Shown here: in pieces, positions 1 to 13,205 of the stretch | Layout of the letters: each line of letters opens with the position of its first letter | Numbering within the stretch: the first letter of the stretch is position 1 | Assembly: GCA_000320545.1 (NCBI GenBank) | Contig: ADNK01003163.1 | Span: forward strand, 1-64,000 | Length of the DNA: 64,000 bases | Direction: 5' to 3' | From: Bigelowiella natans CCMP2755 | Taxonomy: Eukaryota; Protista; Cercozoa | Notes under the pieces: model-generated | Database searches by the model: none | What the model was told of the DNA's origin: nothing | Seen by the model: only the letters and a program-made list of their open reading frames with translations | Position numbers and translations under genes: made by a program

Positions 1-1301
1 CGAAACCCCCTCCCCCCCCCCCCTCTCCTCTTTCGTCTGCCGCGCTCTCATATTCTTCCACCGCACGACAGGTGAGGAAGGATCCAGTTGGCAGCACAGG
101 GCCTCGCATGTTAGATGCTGCCCTCAACGCATACAGGAAGAAGATCAGAAAGGCGCAGGAGGAGGAGGAGGAGGAGGAGAAAAAGATGACGCTGATGACG
201 AAGAAGAACCATGCCAACACGACGAAGACGGCTGGGGCAAAACAGGGCTCTCGCAGCGATGATCGTATCATCGGAACGAACGCAACAATGCGCACAAAGG
301 AGACGAGCAAGATGCAGCAGCAGCAGCAGCGCACCACTGCTACGATGCCATCAGAGAGTGTTAAAGGGAACTCGTCGCAGCTAGAGGCGGAAGATGTCGC
401 GGAATGGGAAGATGTCTTTGTAGGGTCGGCGAAACTAACGCACACATTGCTATCGCATTCTTTTTCTCCTCCCCCTCCTCCTCCTCCTCCTCCTCCTCGC
501 TAATGCCAATGCTCATCAGGGCGCCGGAGGTCTACATGCCTTTGTTTGATGACAAGCTCAACGATTTCTCCCAGAAATGCAGCTACTCATGGAGGCTCAG
601 TGAGAGGCAAAAAGCCTACTGCAAGGTGAGAATGGTGATGATCATCAACGAACGAGCGACGAACGACAAAAGAGCAGCGAGCGACGGCCAATACAATATG
701 CAACACCTTCTAACCGTATCGTAGCACATCGCGCCGTTGTTGCTTCTTGCTGTGGCTTTTTTTGAATTTCGGTCGTGTTGAATCAAGCTCGGAATCAAAG
801 GCCGAGATCAGTGTTATCGTCGTTTGGGCGTCGCCAATTCTGCAGCAACCGTATTGCCATTCTCACTTCCTTCCTGTCGTTGCAATCAATCGTATTTTAG
901 GAGCTCAGAAAGAGAAACTTCGAGAATAGAATCGAAGCCACCACCCTCACGGTAAGAATGGTGGTAGTGATAAACGACATCGATGCTATTGATGTTGTTG
1001 TTGTTGATGATGATGGTGATGATGGTGATGATGAAGATGATGATGATGAAGATGATGATGATGAAGATGGTGATGGTGAAGATGATGATATTGACGGAGT
1101 CTACCTTGAGAGAGAAGCGTAGCAACAATGAACACAAACGGACTGTCATCTTGCTGTGCTGCTTTACTGCTTATGCAGGTTCATCACTGGAGCCACACGT
1201 GGCTTGGCCACGTCACATCAGAGGTGCAGACGAACGTGTGAATACGTTAAAATGTATATATGAAGAAGAATGCGTGAGCGAGCGCGCGCGCGCTTGTGTG
1301 C

Positions 1302-1337
<36 letters not shown>

Positions 1338-1552
1338 CCGTGGACCACGATGATAAGCCTATGAATGTGCAGGACTTCGTCGATGTGTGGGAACTGGTCA
1401 ACACGACGCGGTCTCGGTATCTTGCGAACACGCACCACGCATCGGAGTTGGACCGGAACAATGCTGTTGCGGCCACCTTGATAAGGAAAAGGAAGGAGGA
1501 GGAAGGAAAAGCCAAGAAGGGAAAGCAGAAGGAGGAGGACGGCGGGGAGTGA
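1..1552 (+). CDS. 3' part of a multi-exon hypothetical protein gene
   Basis: Coding-like segments (RMLDAALNAYRKKIRK; APEVYMPLFDDKLNDFSQKCSYSWRLSERQKAYCK followed by gtgag donor; DFVDVWELVNTTRSRYLANTHH...EEDGGE*) separated by microsatellite-rich GT-AG introns; stop at 1552. No family recognised. Confidence 0.5.
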
Positions 1553-1596
1553 AATCGGAGATGATCCCGACGTGATTTGGCCTGTCGCGTGATGCA

Positions 1597-1650
1597 TATA
1601 TGAGACGGATGTAATGAATAAATTAAATTATTTTAATTGTCATCCTAGTG
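1597..1650 (+). repeat. Short dispersed repeat, copy 1 (sibling at 16097-16149)
   Basis: tatatgagacggatgtaatgaat...tgtcatcctagtg occurs here and at 16097-16149, each shortly downstream of a gene stop. Confidence 0.65.
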
Positions 1651-2049
1651 TATCCTAATGCAACACCGCTGCACACACACACACACACACACACACGTGT
1701 GTGTGTGTGTATAGATTGTGTGCTGTCATGTCGTCTGCTAATAGTCTGTACCCCGCATCGCACAAATGAGCACAAGCAATGCATGTGAGCGACTGTACGC
1801 GACGTGAACGACAAAGCTGGGCCAGGCGGTATGTGTGTGCGCAGAGCGCTGCAAGCCCATTACTAGATCACCTTCTGTCCACTTTTGCATTGTGCAATGT
1901 GCTCGCACATTTCAACATGAGGACGTCAGAATTGTCCATGTAGCCACAAAAGGCCACAGAGCGTACCGAGTCAAAAGCACACATGTTCACTGAGACACAT
2001 GTGGTTTGCAAAGAACATGTGCACTGAACCACACATGTTCGTACGTGCG

Positions 2050-2990
2050 TACGCCACTGGTTCAATTGTTTGTGCAATCACATGGAGAGGTCACAAAACC
2101 ATCAAACTCTCAAATCACGTGTCAGGGAAGATGCCTGCGAATCAGGGCACATGAAAACAGAAGGACACGCAAAGATGGTCAATTTTTTGAACCTGCCATG
2201 CTGCTACCAAAACACACGGAGCAAGCTAGCAAGAACGGAACTGAACAAGGCAGACAAAGAAAAAATGGAAGACACAACATGCCAAAAGAAATGACAACCA
2301 CCAACAATGTGGAACTCGCCTGGTTTGGGGAAGGCCTTTCAAAAATTTCAGAGAGGCTGCATCCTCCAGCGGGATGCGAAGTGATGCGAACCAAAGGCTC
2401 CTCTGGGAGCTTTGGGTTGAGAAAAAAGAACACAGACATGATTCACATGCACACAGAAGACAACAATCACGACATTGGTTTTTTCACACATCGCATTGAA
2501 AAACATGCTGTTGCAATGGTTTGCCTCCAACCACACCAAAACATTTCACACCTCAAAGAGAGACCAGATTTCACAATGGACATCATGAAGAAACAGAAAT
2601 GGAAAAAATGCATCACAGTGGGAGACACCAACGCTGAACACTCCACCTGCGATGTCCTGAACCAAGAAGACAGACGTGGTGGATGTTGCTGCAGCTGATT
2701 GTGTGACAGACGAATGATGATCAAAGTCACAAGAGTGGCATTCAAGGACAAGTCAAAGGAAACCACACGACGGGTTGCTGCATCTTTCATGTGAACAGCG
2801 CCCAACCAAAATTTAGAGATGGGGAGCAGCGATTGATCAAGTTGTCGTGGCCGCCAAACGTTCAATGGTTTTCAAGTCCAAACATGCGCGATGGTCTTGC
2901 CTTGTTGTTCTCTGTTGGGTTTTGAGGATGCGCTTGGCGGAGAGACATCGATCAACCTAGCCGATTTCACACGATTCTCTGCATTCTCCA
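2050..2990 (+). mobile_element. Decayed non-LTR retrotransposon (LINE) APE-type endonuclease fragment, TpA-depleted
   Basis: ORF 2006-2698 contains VGDTNAEHS (GDFNAxH-like APE motif) and PAGCEV (PxGY-like with Y->C); intronless; only about 4 TpA in 2055-2990 (CTAC, CTAG, TTAG, CTAG). Confidence 0.55.
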
Positions 2991-3206
2991 CAATCTGTAT
3001 GTTGGTCATTCAGCAAGGGACTGAACACAAAGACCGGCACATAGCACCGAGGACTGCACAGTTGCCACAACGGTGAGGGCGACGACGATCGGCAGGATTT
3101 CCTCTCGACGAAGATCTTATCTTGCATCGGGTCGATTGATGTCGCAGTGTGAAATTCCCCTTTGATCGGCCGTATTTCCTCTTAGTCTCGACGTGGGTCG
3201 ATTGAT

Positions 3207-3316
3207 GTCGCGATTCAAAACTCCGCGTCCGTTTCGGACGTGAATCCAGAAATTCATCTGCACTCCGAATCGAAGGAGGGAACGTCCTAAACGGACGCGA
3301 AGTTTTGAATCGCGAC
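3207..3316. repeat. 34-bp inverted repeat with 42-bp spacer
   Basis: 3207-3240 gtcgcgattcaaaactccgcgtccgtttcggacg pairs with 3283-3316 cgtcctaaacggacgcgaagttttgaatcgcgac (2 mismatches); also a direct repeat gggtcgattgatgtcgc at 3129 and 3195. Confidence 0.85.
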
Positions 3317-3434
3317 AACATCGAAGTGTTGTCGGTGGGAAAATAGGCAGATCGCAGCCGCCCCCCTACCCTACTTTTTACTAGGGTGTACGAAGCGGCC
3401 TCTCACAGAAGATTGATAAACAAACAAACAAATA

Positions 3435-4983
3435 ATGCTACGGACCCAACGCTGTATTCACTCGCGTTTGCAGGCTTTTGCTTCTTGCCCGTCCCTCTCC
3501 CTATTAACGGCAGCAGGTCAGCAGCGAAGAGGCCTCAGCGTGGAGAGCAACGAGGGGCTCCCATCGACATTTGTTGAGGGCTATCATGACCCAGAAATCG
3601 TTCGGAAGATGAGGTAGTTAAAAGACGGAAAAAAATATTTGTTTTCATATAACACCATTCTGACATTCATCGCTGGAAACAGGTACCGACCTCTCGGATC
3701 GCGGTGTGTGGACAAGAATGGAGTTCCGATGGAAGTTTCGATTGTCAGCATTGGCGCATCGGCTTTTGGAGGTCTACAAAGGAAGGGGGGGGGGGGTTCG
3801 TTCGTTTTTGCGCAATCGGAAAAGTGACTTATGCCATTGTTTTTTGGTTATGGATAGGGATGTACGGAACAGAGACTGTGGAGGACGAATGTGTTGAAAT
3901 CCTTCGAGAGTCCGTCAAGTAATCTTGCTCTTTGATCATCGTGCATTCACATTGTCGCAGGAATAATGATAGCTATTTGGGGTCTGCCTCCTTGATGTCC
4001 GTCTGTAGCAATGTTACTTTAAATTCCTTAAGCATATATCTGCATTACGTGTCCAGATCCGGGATCAACTTGATCGATGCTGCTGCATGGTATGGCCACG
4101 GCCGAGCAGAGGAGGTGCTACTGTTCATTATCCCCCCCCCCCCCTTTTCTATGCTACCCAACCCTTCCTTATTCTATGCCCGTATATTCAACTTTAGCAG
4201 CTCCCCTTTATCGATAGATGCATCGTCTGATTTGATTCTGGTTTATTGTTGGTTCTTTGTGTGCAGGTCTTGGGTAAGGCCCTCCAGGGCATTCCTCGGG
4301 AAGCTTACTACCTAAACACGAAAGTGTGTCGGTATAACCCCTCCATCATGGAGATGTTCGACTGGTAATGCGTGTGCAGCATGTGGGCATGCGTGCATGC
4401 GTGTATGCATGTATGCGTGTGCGTGTGTGTGTGTGTGTGTGTTTGTGTGCATATGTGCTCTGAACGGCTTAGTTCTAGCTCAGTAATGCCCCCCCCCCCC
4501 ATCTCTCCCTGATGCTACACAATGTCCTCCTCCTCTTCCTCCTCCTCTTCCTCCTCCTAATCCTCCTCCTAATCCTCCTTAGGTCTTACGATCGAACGAT
4601 GAGGGCAATAGACGAGGCTCTTGAAAGAATGGGAGTTGACTATCTCGACTCTATCCAAGTCATATATTGATATATTGATATGTGTGTGTGTGTGTGTGTG
4701 TATCATAAAGCAGACCAGCACCTCCACCCCTGCCACCACTCACAATACTATATTAAGGTTCATGATCCTGAGTTTGCCCCATCGATCGACCTTGTCGTCA
4801 GTAGCGTATTCCCCGCATTTGAGGAAGCAAAAAGGTCATCTACAATCGAGCTAAAGCATAGTAGTAGATGATGATGATGATGATGATGCTAATGATATCA
4901 TCGGCATGCTGATCATACCATGGATCATCATGTGACTAGCTTCGGATGTATCTGCGTGTTGTGAGTTTTATTCTACATGTTAC

Positions 4984-5021
<38 letters not shown>

Positions 5022-5345
5022 GTGCGTGCGTGCGTGTGTGTGCGTTTGTGTGTATACATTCATATGCATTTATGGAATTTTTGGTCCATTACTTTGACAC
5101 GGAGCAGGCAGGGCAAGGTTCGTCAGCTTGGCGTCACTGGGTTATACATTATATATATATATATATATATACTTATAAGTTGCACCTCGTGCATGTGTGC
5201 ATGTGTGTGTGTGTGTGTGTGTGTGTGTAGCTACTTCTGTACCACTCTACGTCCCCATTGGAGTGTCCGCATGATGAGAATCATCTGTTTTTTTGTGATG
5301 AATACACAACTTATGTGGCTTGATTTCCCCTGCTCAGGATCATCA

Positions 5346-5384
<39 letters not shown>

Positions 5385-5912
5385 TCCCTCCTTCACCCTA
5401 TAAAGGTACCCCCTCGAGACCCTACGTGCTCAGATCGATGGCGCGGACGAGGTAGCTAAACGAGGGAAGGGGGGGGGGGGGGATTGGCGCTTAACTCGTG
5501 ATGTTGATATCGTATCACATTGCTTTTGTTTGGGTTCACACCATACGATGATTCTCTCTCCGTTGCCGTTTCTTCTTCTTCTTCTTCTCCGTGCTTTTTT
5601 CAGGCTGGCATTGAGATCAACACCTGCCTTTCATACTGTCACTACACGCTACATGATACAACCCTCGTATCTGAGCTTGTACCGTACCTTCAAGGTGATG
5701 ATCCTCCTGTCATGTGATGATATGGCTGTAGACTACGCTGTGTCTTGGCATCATCATCATGTGTTTGTGCTCGGGGTGATATATTAGAGGGCGCAGCAGA
5801 TTGGGCGGTGCCCCTAGCATGGAAATGCGTCACGTACAGATACTTGATACATATTATCTAAATGCACAAAACATACACACACGCGCACGCGTGTACGTAA
5901 AACATATTTATA

Positions 5913-5960
<48 letters not shown>

Positions 5961-6178
5961 CTTTCATGTGTGTGTGTGTTGTGTGTGTATTGTCAGAAAA
6001 GGGAGTGGGATTGATCGGAGCATCACCAATCTCAATGGGCCTTCTAAGCAATAGAGGACCACCAGCATGGTATATTGTTGTTGATGATGTTGTTGTTGAT
6101 GATGATGATGATGATGTTTTCGGTGAGAATCCTGTTAGTCAAATGAAAGGCTTTTGTTTCTTTTACCCGATGGAATCC

Positions 6179-6220
<42 letters not shown>

Positions 6221-6438
6221 GTCTCTAAAGTTACGGACGTGTAGTTAAATCCATTGTGAATAGTATGGCCTACTATGTTGTATTGGGGGGCTGCTTATTA
6301 TCTAATACTATCAGGCACCCAGCTCCGACATTGTTGAAGCAACTTGCTGCTCAGGTGGGTATTTGAGTGTTACTGTCATTATAGATTTACACAGAATCAC
6401 AAAGAAATGCCCGCACGCACACAAACACACACACACAC

Positions 6439-6485
<47 letters not shown>

Positions 6486-6600
6486 GTTGGGCGGGGGTTG
6501 AGAATTAGCTAAATCCAAAAAAATATTCATTTTTGTATTATCACTATTGTTTAGGCTGCTGAATATTGCGTTAAGAATGACGTTGACATTGGTACTACAT

Positions 6601-6653
<53 letters not shown>

Positions 6654-6883
6654 GGGGCGGGGGGGGCGAGAGGGAGAGAGAGCCGCCCAAACGAGCATGC
6701 ATATATATATATATATATGTATTTAGATATATATATATATGTGGGCGTGTGTGTCTGTTTCTCTCTCTCTTTAGGGAAAATCTTCAGTAAGATGGCATTT
6801 TGGATGTGTTCTGTCATTTCTCCTTGTACTCATATCATATCCTCTTCTGTGTACCCGCTTAGCCGAAGCCACCACACATTAAA

Positions 6884-6926
<43 letters not shown>

Positions 6927-7197
6927 GAGAGAGGAAGAGAGAGAAAAGCAATAGGATTGTATAAGCCAGATAACATCTCCTCTGGAAGAGATGAAGGAGA
7001 ATGCTGTTGTATGTTATCGTCGGTTCTCTTGCAATACTGCACGTAATAAAACGGCATCTGCTTCCTACATTGTCTTTCTCCTAGCCATCGTCTTTTCGTC
7101 TTTCCCCGCTCCTAACCATAATCACTTACGAATATCTTCAGGCATTGCTATGATTTAAACAAGATGACGGAAAAAGAGGAGGAGGTTATTACTCCTA

Positions 7198-7228
<31 letters not shown>

Positions 7229-7434
7229 GTGATGGGAAAAGGAAGAAGGAAGAAGGCAATACAATTTCGCAGTGATATATGATAAGATAGCGCATTATGA
7301 GAATTAATAGATGGCGTGACTATTCTACAAATTATCAATAATCAAACAGGTCTTGCAGTACTTGCTCAATGATGTGTTCGGCCCCCACGGAGCACTAAGT
7401 CATGAGATCATTCAGCGCACATCCTAACACACAA

Positions 7435-7472
<38 letters not shown>

Positions 7473-7506
7473 AAATACACAAACATCACTTGACCGCACA
7501 ACTAGA

Positions 7507-7542
<36 letters not shown>

Positions 7543-7832
7543 CATCTACGTATGCTAGTGTATACCCAATGTCAGTGTGCTTTTAATAAACTATACTCTT
7601 CTCCACCACAGACTGGCAAGGAATCGAAGTGAAACAGTACTGGGAAATGCTCGACAAGTACGCGGCGGTGGTGGCTATGATGATGATGATGATGATGATG
7701 ATGGTGATGATGGATATTGCGTCATCAACTTATTCGCTTTCCCCCTCTCCCTCCTTTTTCCTTGTTTTTTAATGCAAATTTGCTAGGGCGAGGAAGGGAG
7801 AAGCAACGGGGTCGATCTCAGGCGCGATGTAG
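3435..7832 (+). CDS. Aldo/keto reductase, L-galactose dehydrogenase-like (multi-exon)
   Basis: Spliced exons read TFVEGYHDPEIVRKMR|YRPLG...VSIGASAFG, GINLIDAAAWYGHGRAEE, LGKALQGIPREAYYLNTKVCRY, ALERMGVDYLDSIQVHDPEF, GKVRQLGVTG, CLSYCHYTL, GLIGASPISMGLL, and end ...DWQGIEVKQYWEMLDK|ARKGEATGSISGAM*. These match the AKR L-GalDH-like family; the Arg/Ser-rich N-terminus may be a transit peptide. Confidence 0.85.
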
Positions 7833-8039
7833 AAAGAAATGGTAGAAGTTCAGATCTCACCTGAGTGAGAGTTTATTGCTCTGATGACAGGGCATAACAT
7901 ATTTTTGTATGCGTGTATGCGCGTGCGTGTGCGTGTGTGTAGTTACGACGCGTAGAGTTGTTATGTGATGGAGGGGACAAGACCATGTAGTCACATCTTG
8001 AGATAGTCAACTAGCTTCGATTTGTGTCGTCTTCCTCGA

Positions 8040-8640
8040 TGATTGAAAGTATTGTATGACTAAGTAACTTGCTTGTGCTAGATCGACTTTGTTGTTGCTG
8101 CATGGCGCATGTGTCACATTGAGACGTCGCAGCTTATTGTGGGAACGCAAACAAAGCATGTAGCTGTGAGCTAGTCATCCACTCTGCATGCTCAGTGCTT
8201 GCTCTGCTGTCATCCACATGCACATGCATCTAGCTGCTCTAGATCTGCGCGCGTGCACACGTATTATTTAGTCTGCACTATCATTTGTGCATGAAGCAGT
8301 AGTCTCAATTTCATGCTATGTGTCTGTGCATGCAATCATGGCTATCGCATGAGGTCCAATGCATGAGGGCTAATATGTGCCGTTGATGCTGCAATGCACA
8401 GCTCAGACATCAATCCATATGCATGCAATCGCAGTCTTGTTGCTCCACTAACAATTTTACGTGAACGGTTCGTTGACGCAATGGATGCGCAAGAGAATGG
8501 CAAATGATGAAGGGCTATTAACCAGCATGCACAAATGTGCACGATGATGCATGCTTGACTGCATGTCGCACACTGCGTATATATGTGTGAATTAAAATGC
8601 GTAGTTGCTATGGCTCAGCAAGTGCGCGTTGGCAAAAGGA
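8040..8640. repeat. Unclassified repeat remnant, partially TpA-depleted (TG/CA-rich)
   Basis: Intergenic, rich in gcatgc/tgca/cacatg, with reduced TpA that is often CTAG; no coding signal. Confidence 0.35.
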
Positions 8641-8847
8641 CATGCTGCACCACTACCATTCATGCCATTCCACCATACTCACATTTTCTACATATTGAAA
8701 GAATGTAATCATTTCTGTATATCCGTTTCAAACTCATATTTTCAGTCAATCTTGAGGACATTTGTCAGTCGTAGTGGAGTATAGAAGATTTTGAGGTCGC
8801 AACAATGCTGATAATGTTCAGTATTACTTACATACGATACGGAAGCT

Positions 8848-10238
8848 CTAATTCAAGACCCTGTCTAACCACTCATTGATGCTAGGCACAATTGTAGGCA
8901 GCAGTGTAGGTTCCACCCCTTGTCCATCATTTTCGAAATCCAGCTCTGAAGGCATTTTTGCTGGAAAAGGGGAAGCAGGTGTCATTTTCGCTGGCGAAGA
9001 AAGGGAAGGTAGCAGTCCAACGCAGTAAGACGGCCTCCCACAACCAGGGCTGCAGCTGCTGGCTCTGGTGCCGGCAGGGGTTGTAAAATGTTGAAGAGGA
9101 TGTTGATCATAATGAAGAGTACGAGAAAAAGATTCACCGTAACTATTAACACCAGATTCTGTTCTGTAACGCTTTGGGCTGTGTGGCGTATCGTCTTGAT
9201 TTGGAGATGTCTGAGAAGTGTATCCCGTATCTGCTTCACCCAGAAAATTAAAAAAGATTTCTGTTTCATTCGCTCTAGATCTCTTTCTGGATTGACAAGG
9301 AGAGTTTGAAGGTGAAGAATGTCGGCTTGAATCCGGTGTAGAATCTTGTCGGTTTTCCGTTTCAGAATCATCCCCAAAGTGTTCCGCTACGTTCGCGTTG
9401 TAAATATTCCTTGATAATGAGTCTAAATGCGGAAAGATGTCTGATATCACCTCGCGCTTGATCTCTTCATCTTTATTGAGTCTTGAATATTTCTCTTTCG
9501 CACGTATTTTTTTTATTGCTTTACAAGACTTAGCAAGATGCCGATGGAGACAGCCTACGTCCCATCCTGGTCTTACGGTCTCCCTGGGCCTTCCGATTGT
9601 GATTTTTTTCCTTTGCCCGCACAGGGGACAAGTCATTTTGACCCCTATCTTTTTATCACGACGCACATTGATGCTCTCTGGAGGTGGTAAGCAACATCTC
9701 ATACACCATCCAGTCTGTTGAGCTCCGCAGCACTCGCACCTCGTCAACTTTGGAGACAGTGTTCTCAATTCATTCAGCATCTGCTCTTCAAGTTGAGGAA
9801 GGGAAGACGTTTGGCAGAGTGTCTGTCCGTACTCGTAAGAATGAGAATGCATTCAAATGAATTGGTGAATGCAAGCTGGGCTCTTCGAATTTGCGAATCA
9901 GCGCCGATGCTGGTTTCTGTTGGTGGAGGGAAAGTGAATCCGATGTCAGTATTTTTTTCGAAATTAATCGCATTTACGAGAAAATGGGGGCTTTTAAGAC
10001 TGTATTTCCACATAAACCCGGATTTATAGTGAAATCGGACGGAGTTATCCATCACATAATTTTTGATGATGAATCGGACAACTTCTTCGGCAAAGGTCGA
10101 CTCGAGAAGGCCGGTCTTCAATTTTCCGAAAAATGTTGTCTTTTCATCGTAAAACAAGCTGAATTGCAGGTGGTTTGCGTTACATTCTTGCACCGAGTCC
10201 AGAGAGTCCAACAAGGCGTCCATGTCTTCCAAAGTCAA
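8848..10238 (-). pseudogene. Intronless unknown gene split by one frameshift (ORFs 10238-9774 and 9852-8848) with Cys/His Zn-binding motifs; probable mobile-element cargo
   Basis: Two overlapping ORFs with no microsatellite introns; motifs CECC...CMRC and CPLC...HRHLAKSC (BED-like spacing) followed by a Ser/Pro-rich tail. No family recognised. Confidence 0.5.
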
Positions 10239-10375
10239 CTCATTTCCAAATTGCGCCCGGTTATTCTCGGTTATTTACGGGTTATTCCCGCATTGATTTT
10301 TTATTTTTGTCGTAGATCTACATGTAAGTCGGTACCAGGAATCTTCGTGCTTGATGTAAACATTTCATATTTTAA

Positions 10376-10421
10376 TAACTACTTTCTTACGATGTTTTCC
10401 CGATAGGAACTCGGACCACCT
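10376..10421 (+). repeat. 46-bp dispersed repeat, TpA-intact copy (sibling at 12898-12943)
   Basis: taactactttcttacgatgttttcccgataggaactcggaccacct matches 12898-12943 at 43/46 positions. Confidence 0.9.
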
Positions 10422-10515
10422 CTCTTCACCACCAGCATCATTCGTGCCCCAACCCCTAACCTAACCCAACGGCAAACGAACAGATAGGGATCAGACGAGC
10501 GATCTTGGCCGCCCC

Positions 10516-11222
10516 ATGGTGGGATTCTTCAAAACCCTGCTGAGATCAAGGTGATTTGTCCCCCTTTACGTCTTGCTTCTACCACCACCGCGTGTTGGTC
10601 TAAGCAACAACTAAACAACTAAGGTACGCGGCACGCAGGTGGAAGTTTTCGGCACTAGTACAAAGGAGGACACAGTTTGCTCTACGTTTTACCGCGGAGG
10701 GAAACAGTGGATACGTTGGAGCGCGAGAGTATGTTTTGTACAAGCCCGGGCAGTTATTCTCCGCAAAGATGTGGCGCCGAAACTTGTATTTAAACCCGTC
10801 CCCTCACCCCGTCTTCTTCCTTTGTGAGCATTACTCCTTCCCTGTCCCCTCCCCCCCTAAACCCTTTATCGTCTTATTCTGGATCCTTTCCTTGCACAAA
10901 CATCACTTAACTCGAGTTAATTATTCAACAGTAGCAGCAGCAGTAGTAGTCTCGATGAAGACGCCGAAATACAAAGGCAACTTGAGGGCCTGGCAAAGGA
11001 TTTCCCCAAATTTTTCAGGTTGTCATGCATCACTTTCAGCTCCAGAAGTGCACGTCCACATGGAGAAACGTCAGGGAGAGTGGGAATACACACGCAATTG
11101 CTCACTTTCTACCACTACTAATTCATGGGTGTCCTAGGAAAACCGACGGTGTGATCGAGTTTGTAGTGGATTCTGAAGGTGAGAAGGGAAGCAGTGAAGT
11201 TTCATGCGGAAAATTGCATAAC

Positions 11223-11265
<43 letters not shown>

Positions 11266-11960
11266 ATAAATATGTTCAGATGACTCGAAAGAAGCGAAAG
11301 AAGCGGAGGCACGCCTCATGGAACTCATGGACATATTGGTCATAGCTCTTCCACAACTAGTCCCTTTTGCATGATATTTTACTGTCTCTCCACTAATTAC
11401 ACAGGAAGAAGAATCACCAGGAAATCTTGGAGAGACGGATGATTCAGATGGTGACACACATAGATGATTCATTTGTAAACTTATACACCCGCACTCACGA
11501 GAAATACACTCACGAGAGATAGATAGAAGAGAGAGACGGAGGCGGGGAAGAGATCCGCAGTGCAATAATTTATCACTTTCCCTTTGGTCTTAGAGGCAGA
11601 AGATGAAACAGAGGCCATTTTTGAGGAATACGCTAGGCTTGCAACGGAGGAATCAAAGGAAAGAGGCGACTCCGACGAAGATATGTAGTTGAAACCACTA
11701 ATCATAGGGAGAGACTTGCACAACGGCCTGCTCACAACCTCAGTGTCATAACAATCATTTATGTACACATTTACCCCAACTTTTATTTGTGTAAAGGTCG
11801 AAATTGTTTAGTGAAGGAGAACGAGAGAAGATTCTTGGTGACGCCTTTGCAGAATTTGAGGCCTACCATTCCTCCATCAAGCGCGAGGAAGATCTTCACT
11901 CTGTAGCTGGAAGGATGAAGAAAGAGAGAGAGCAAGTAACAACAGAAGATTTAGATTAAG
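10516..11960 (+). CDS. Putative multi-exon hypothetical protein (acidic C-terminal half)
   Basis: Coding-like segments (SLDEDAEIQRQLEGLAKDFPKFF; EAEDETEAIFEEYARLATEESKERGDSDED) bounded by plausible GT-AG sites; boundaries uncertain. Confidence 0.35.
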
Positions 11961-12029
11961 TTCCAGACACGAATAGGGCAAAATAATGATGTTGGCGGAG
12001 TAGGAACACAACATCTTTGCATCGTACAT

Positions 12030-13060
12030 TATCTAACATAGCTGAGTTGTACGTGGGTGAGAGTGTACCGGTGGCATAGCACACACATGGCTAGCTAGCA
12101 CGATGCACTGGAATGCATAGCACATTGACGATATCGCACAGCACCGCCATGCATGTACGTGCTGCATGACCACAAAAGTGCGAAACTGTTGTCGACCATT
12201 CTTGATGACAGGGCACACAGCAAACGGCCACCATGTATGCTGGATCAGATCACACTGCACAATAGCATGGGCACTGTGACTGGTACGGCCAGCGCGCACA
12301 CGAAGCGCAAGCGAGTTGCTGCATGCAAAACAATGCGAAAGCCACAATGCGCGTTCCAAGCAACAAAGCATGCACCTGTGTGCACTTGATGAGTCGTGCG
12401 CACGTCCCCCACATCGCAATCGATTGAAAACCAAGTGGGCTGCGAGTGTTGTTGTGTGGCCCCGCCGCCAAGCGATGATTAAACGCGCACATGACGTCTC
12501 ACATGTGCACATTTTGCGAGCCTTCGAGTTTCGATTCAACTTTCCAATGCAAAGCAGGCTGCAACAACACTTTCCGATCCACTTCGCGTGGTGTGTCTCG
12601 TGGTGTATGCTCCCGTGCTAGCTAGCTAGCGTGCACCCACGCTAGCCACGGTGGACCTGACAAGGCAGCTGGCGCCAGCTGGCGCTGGGAAAATGCACTC
12701 ACTTGCTTCTGCTGCGTTGCTCATCATGCGGCGGGCACTTTTGTTCCTTTTCCACATTTTTGTCACTCACCAAGCAAGAACTTCCCTGGGACCTGAATCG
12801 ACGTTGGTGCCGTTCACACGGAGTGGCTCGGTGGTGAAAGGAGCGAAGCGGCGCGCACAAATGCAATGGGGCGAGAATGAGCCGAACAGCAACGATGTAA
12901 CTACTTGCTCACGATGTTTTCCCGATGGGAACTCGGACCACCTGTGAACGCTTGGCGAAGAAGCCACAAAGGAACCGCCATCTCTCTGCACACCTCAAGC
13001 GGGCTGGGCGGGTGCAAGGACGCAAGGACTGCATGCAAGGTGCACATCATTGAATAAATG
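12030..13060. mobile_element. Unclassified repeat island, TpA-depleted
   Basis: 12300-13050 retains only a few TpA, mostly in gctagctagc; contains the mutated copy of the 46-bp repeat (12898-12943). Confidence 0.6.
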
Positions 13061-13205
13061 AATCAATGAAGCGGTTCTAGAGGAGTAGTTGAAAGGATCA
13101 CAGGTTACGATGACTCATCCTTGACCTCCTCAATCATCTAGACCTCCAGAGAAAGTTGAGGGTTTGTTCCACCCACCCGCTGTGCTCTCTGCAGCGTCCG
13201 GAGCA

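Noticed and set aside
10405-10425. tRNA or SINE A-box-like ggtggtccgagtt on the minus strand
   Set aside because: No cloverleaf or correctly spaced B-box could be built. No tRNA or rRNA gene was recognised anywhere in the window.
10448-10468. Telomere-like ccctaacctaaccc tract
   Set aside because: Only about 2-3 imperfect units, internal; at most a subterminal motif of a mobile element.
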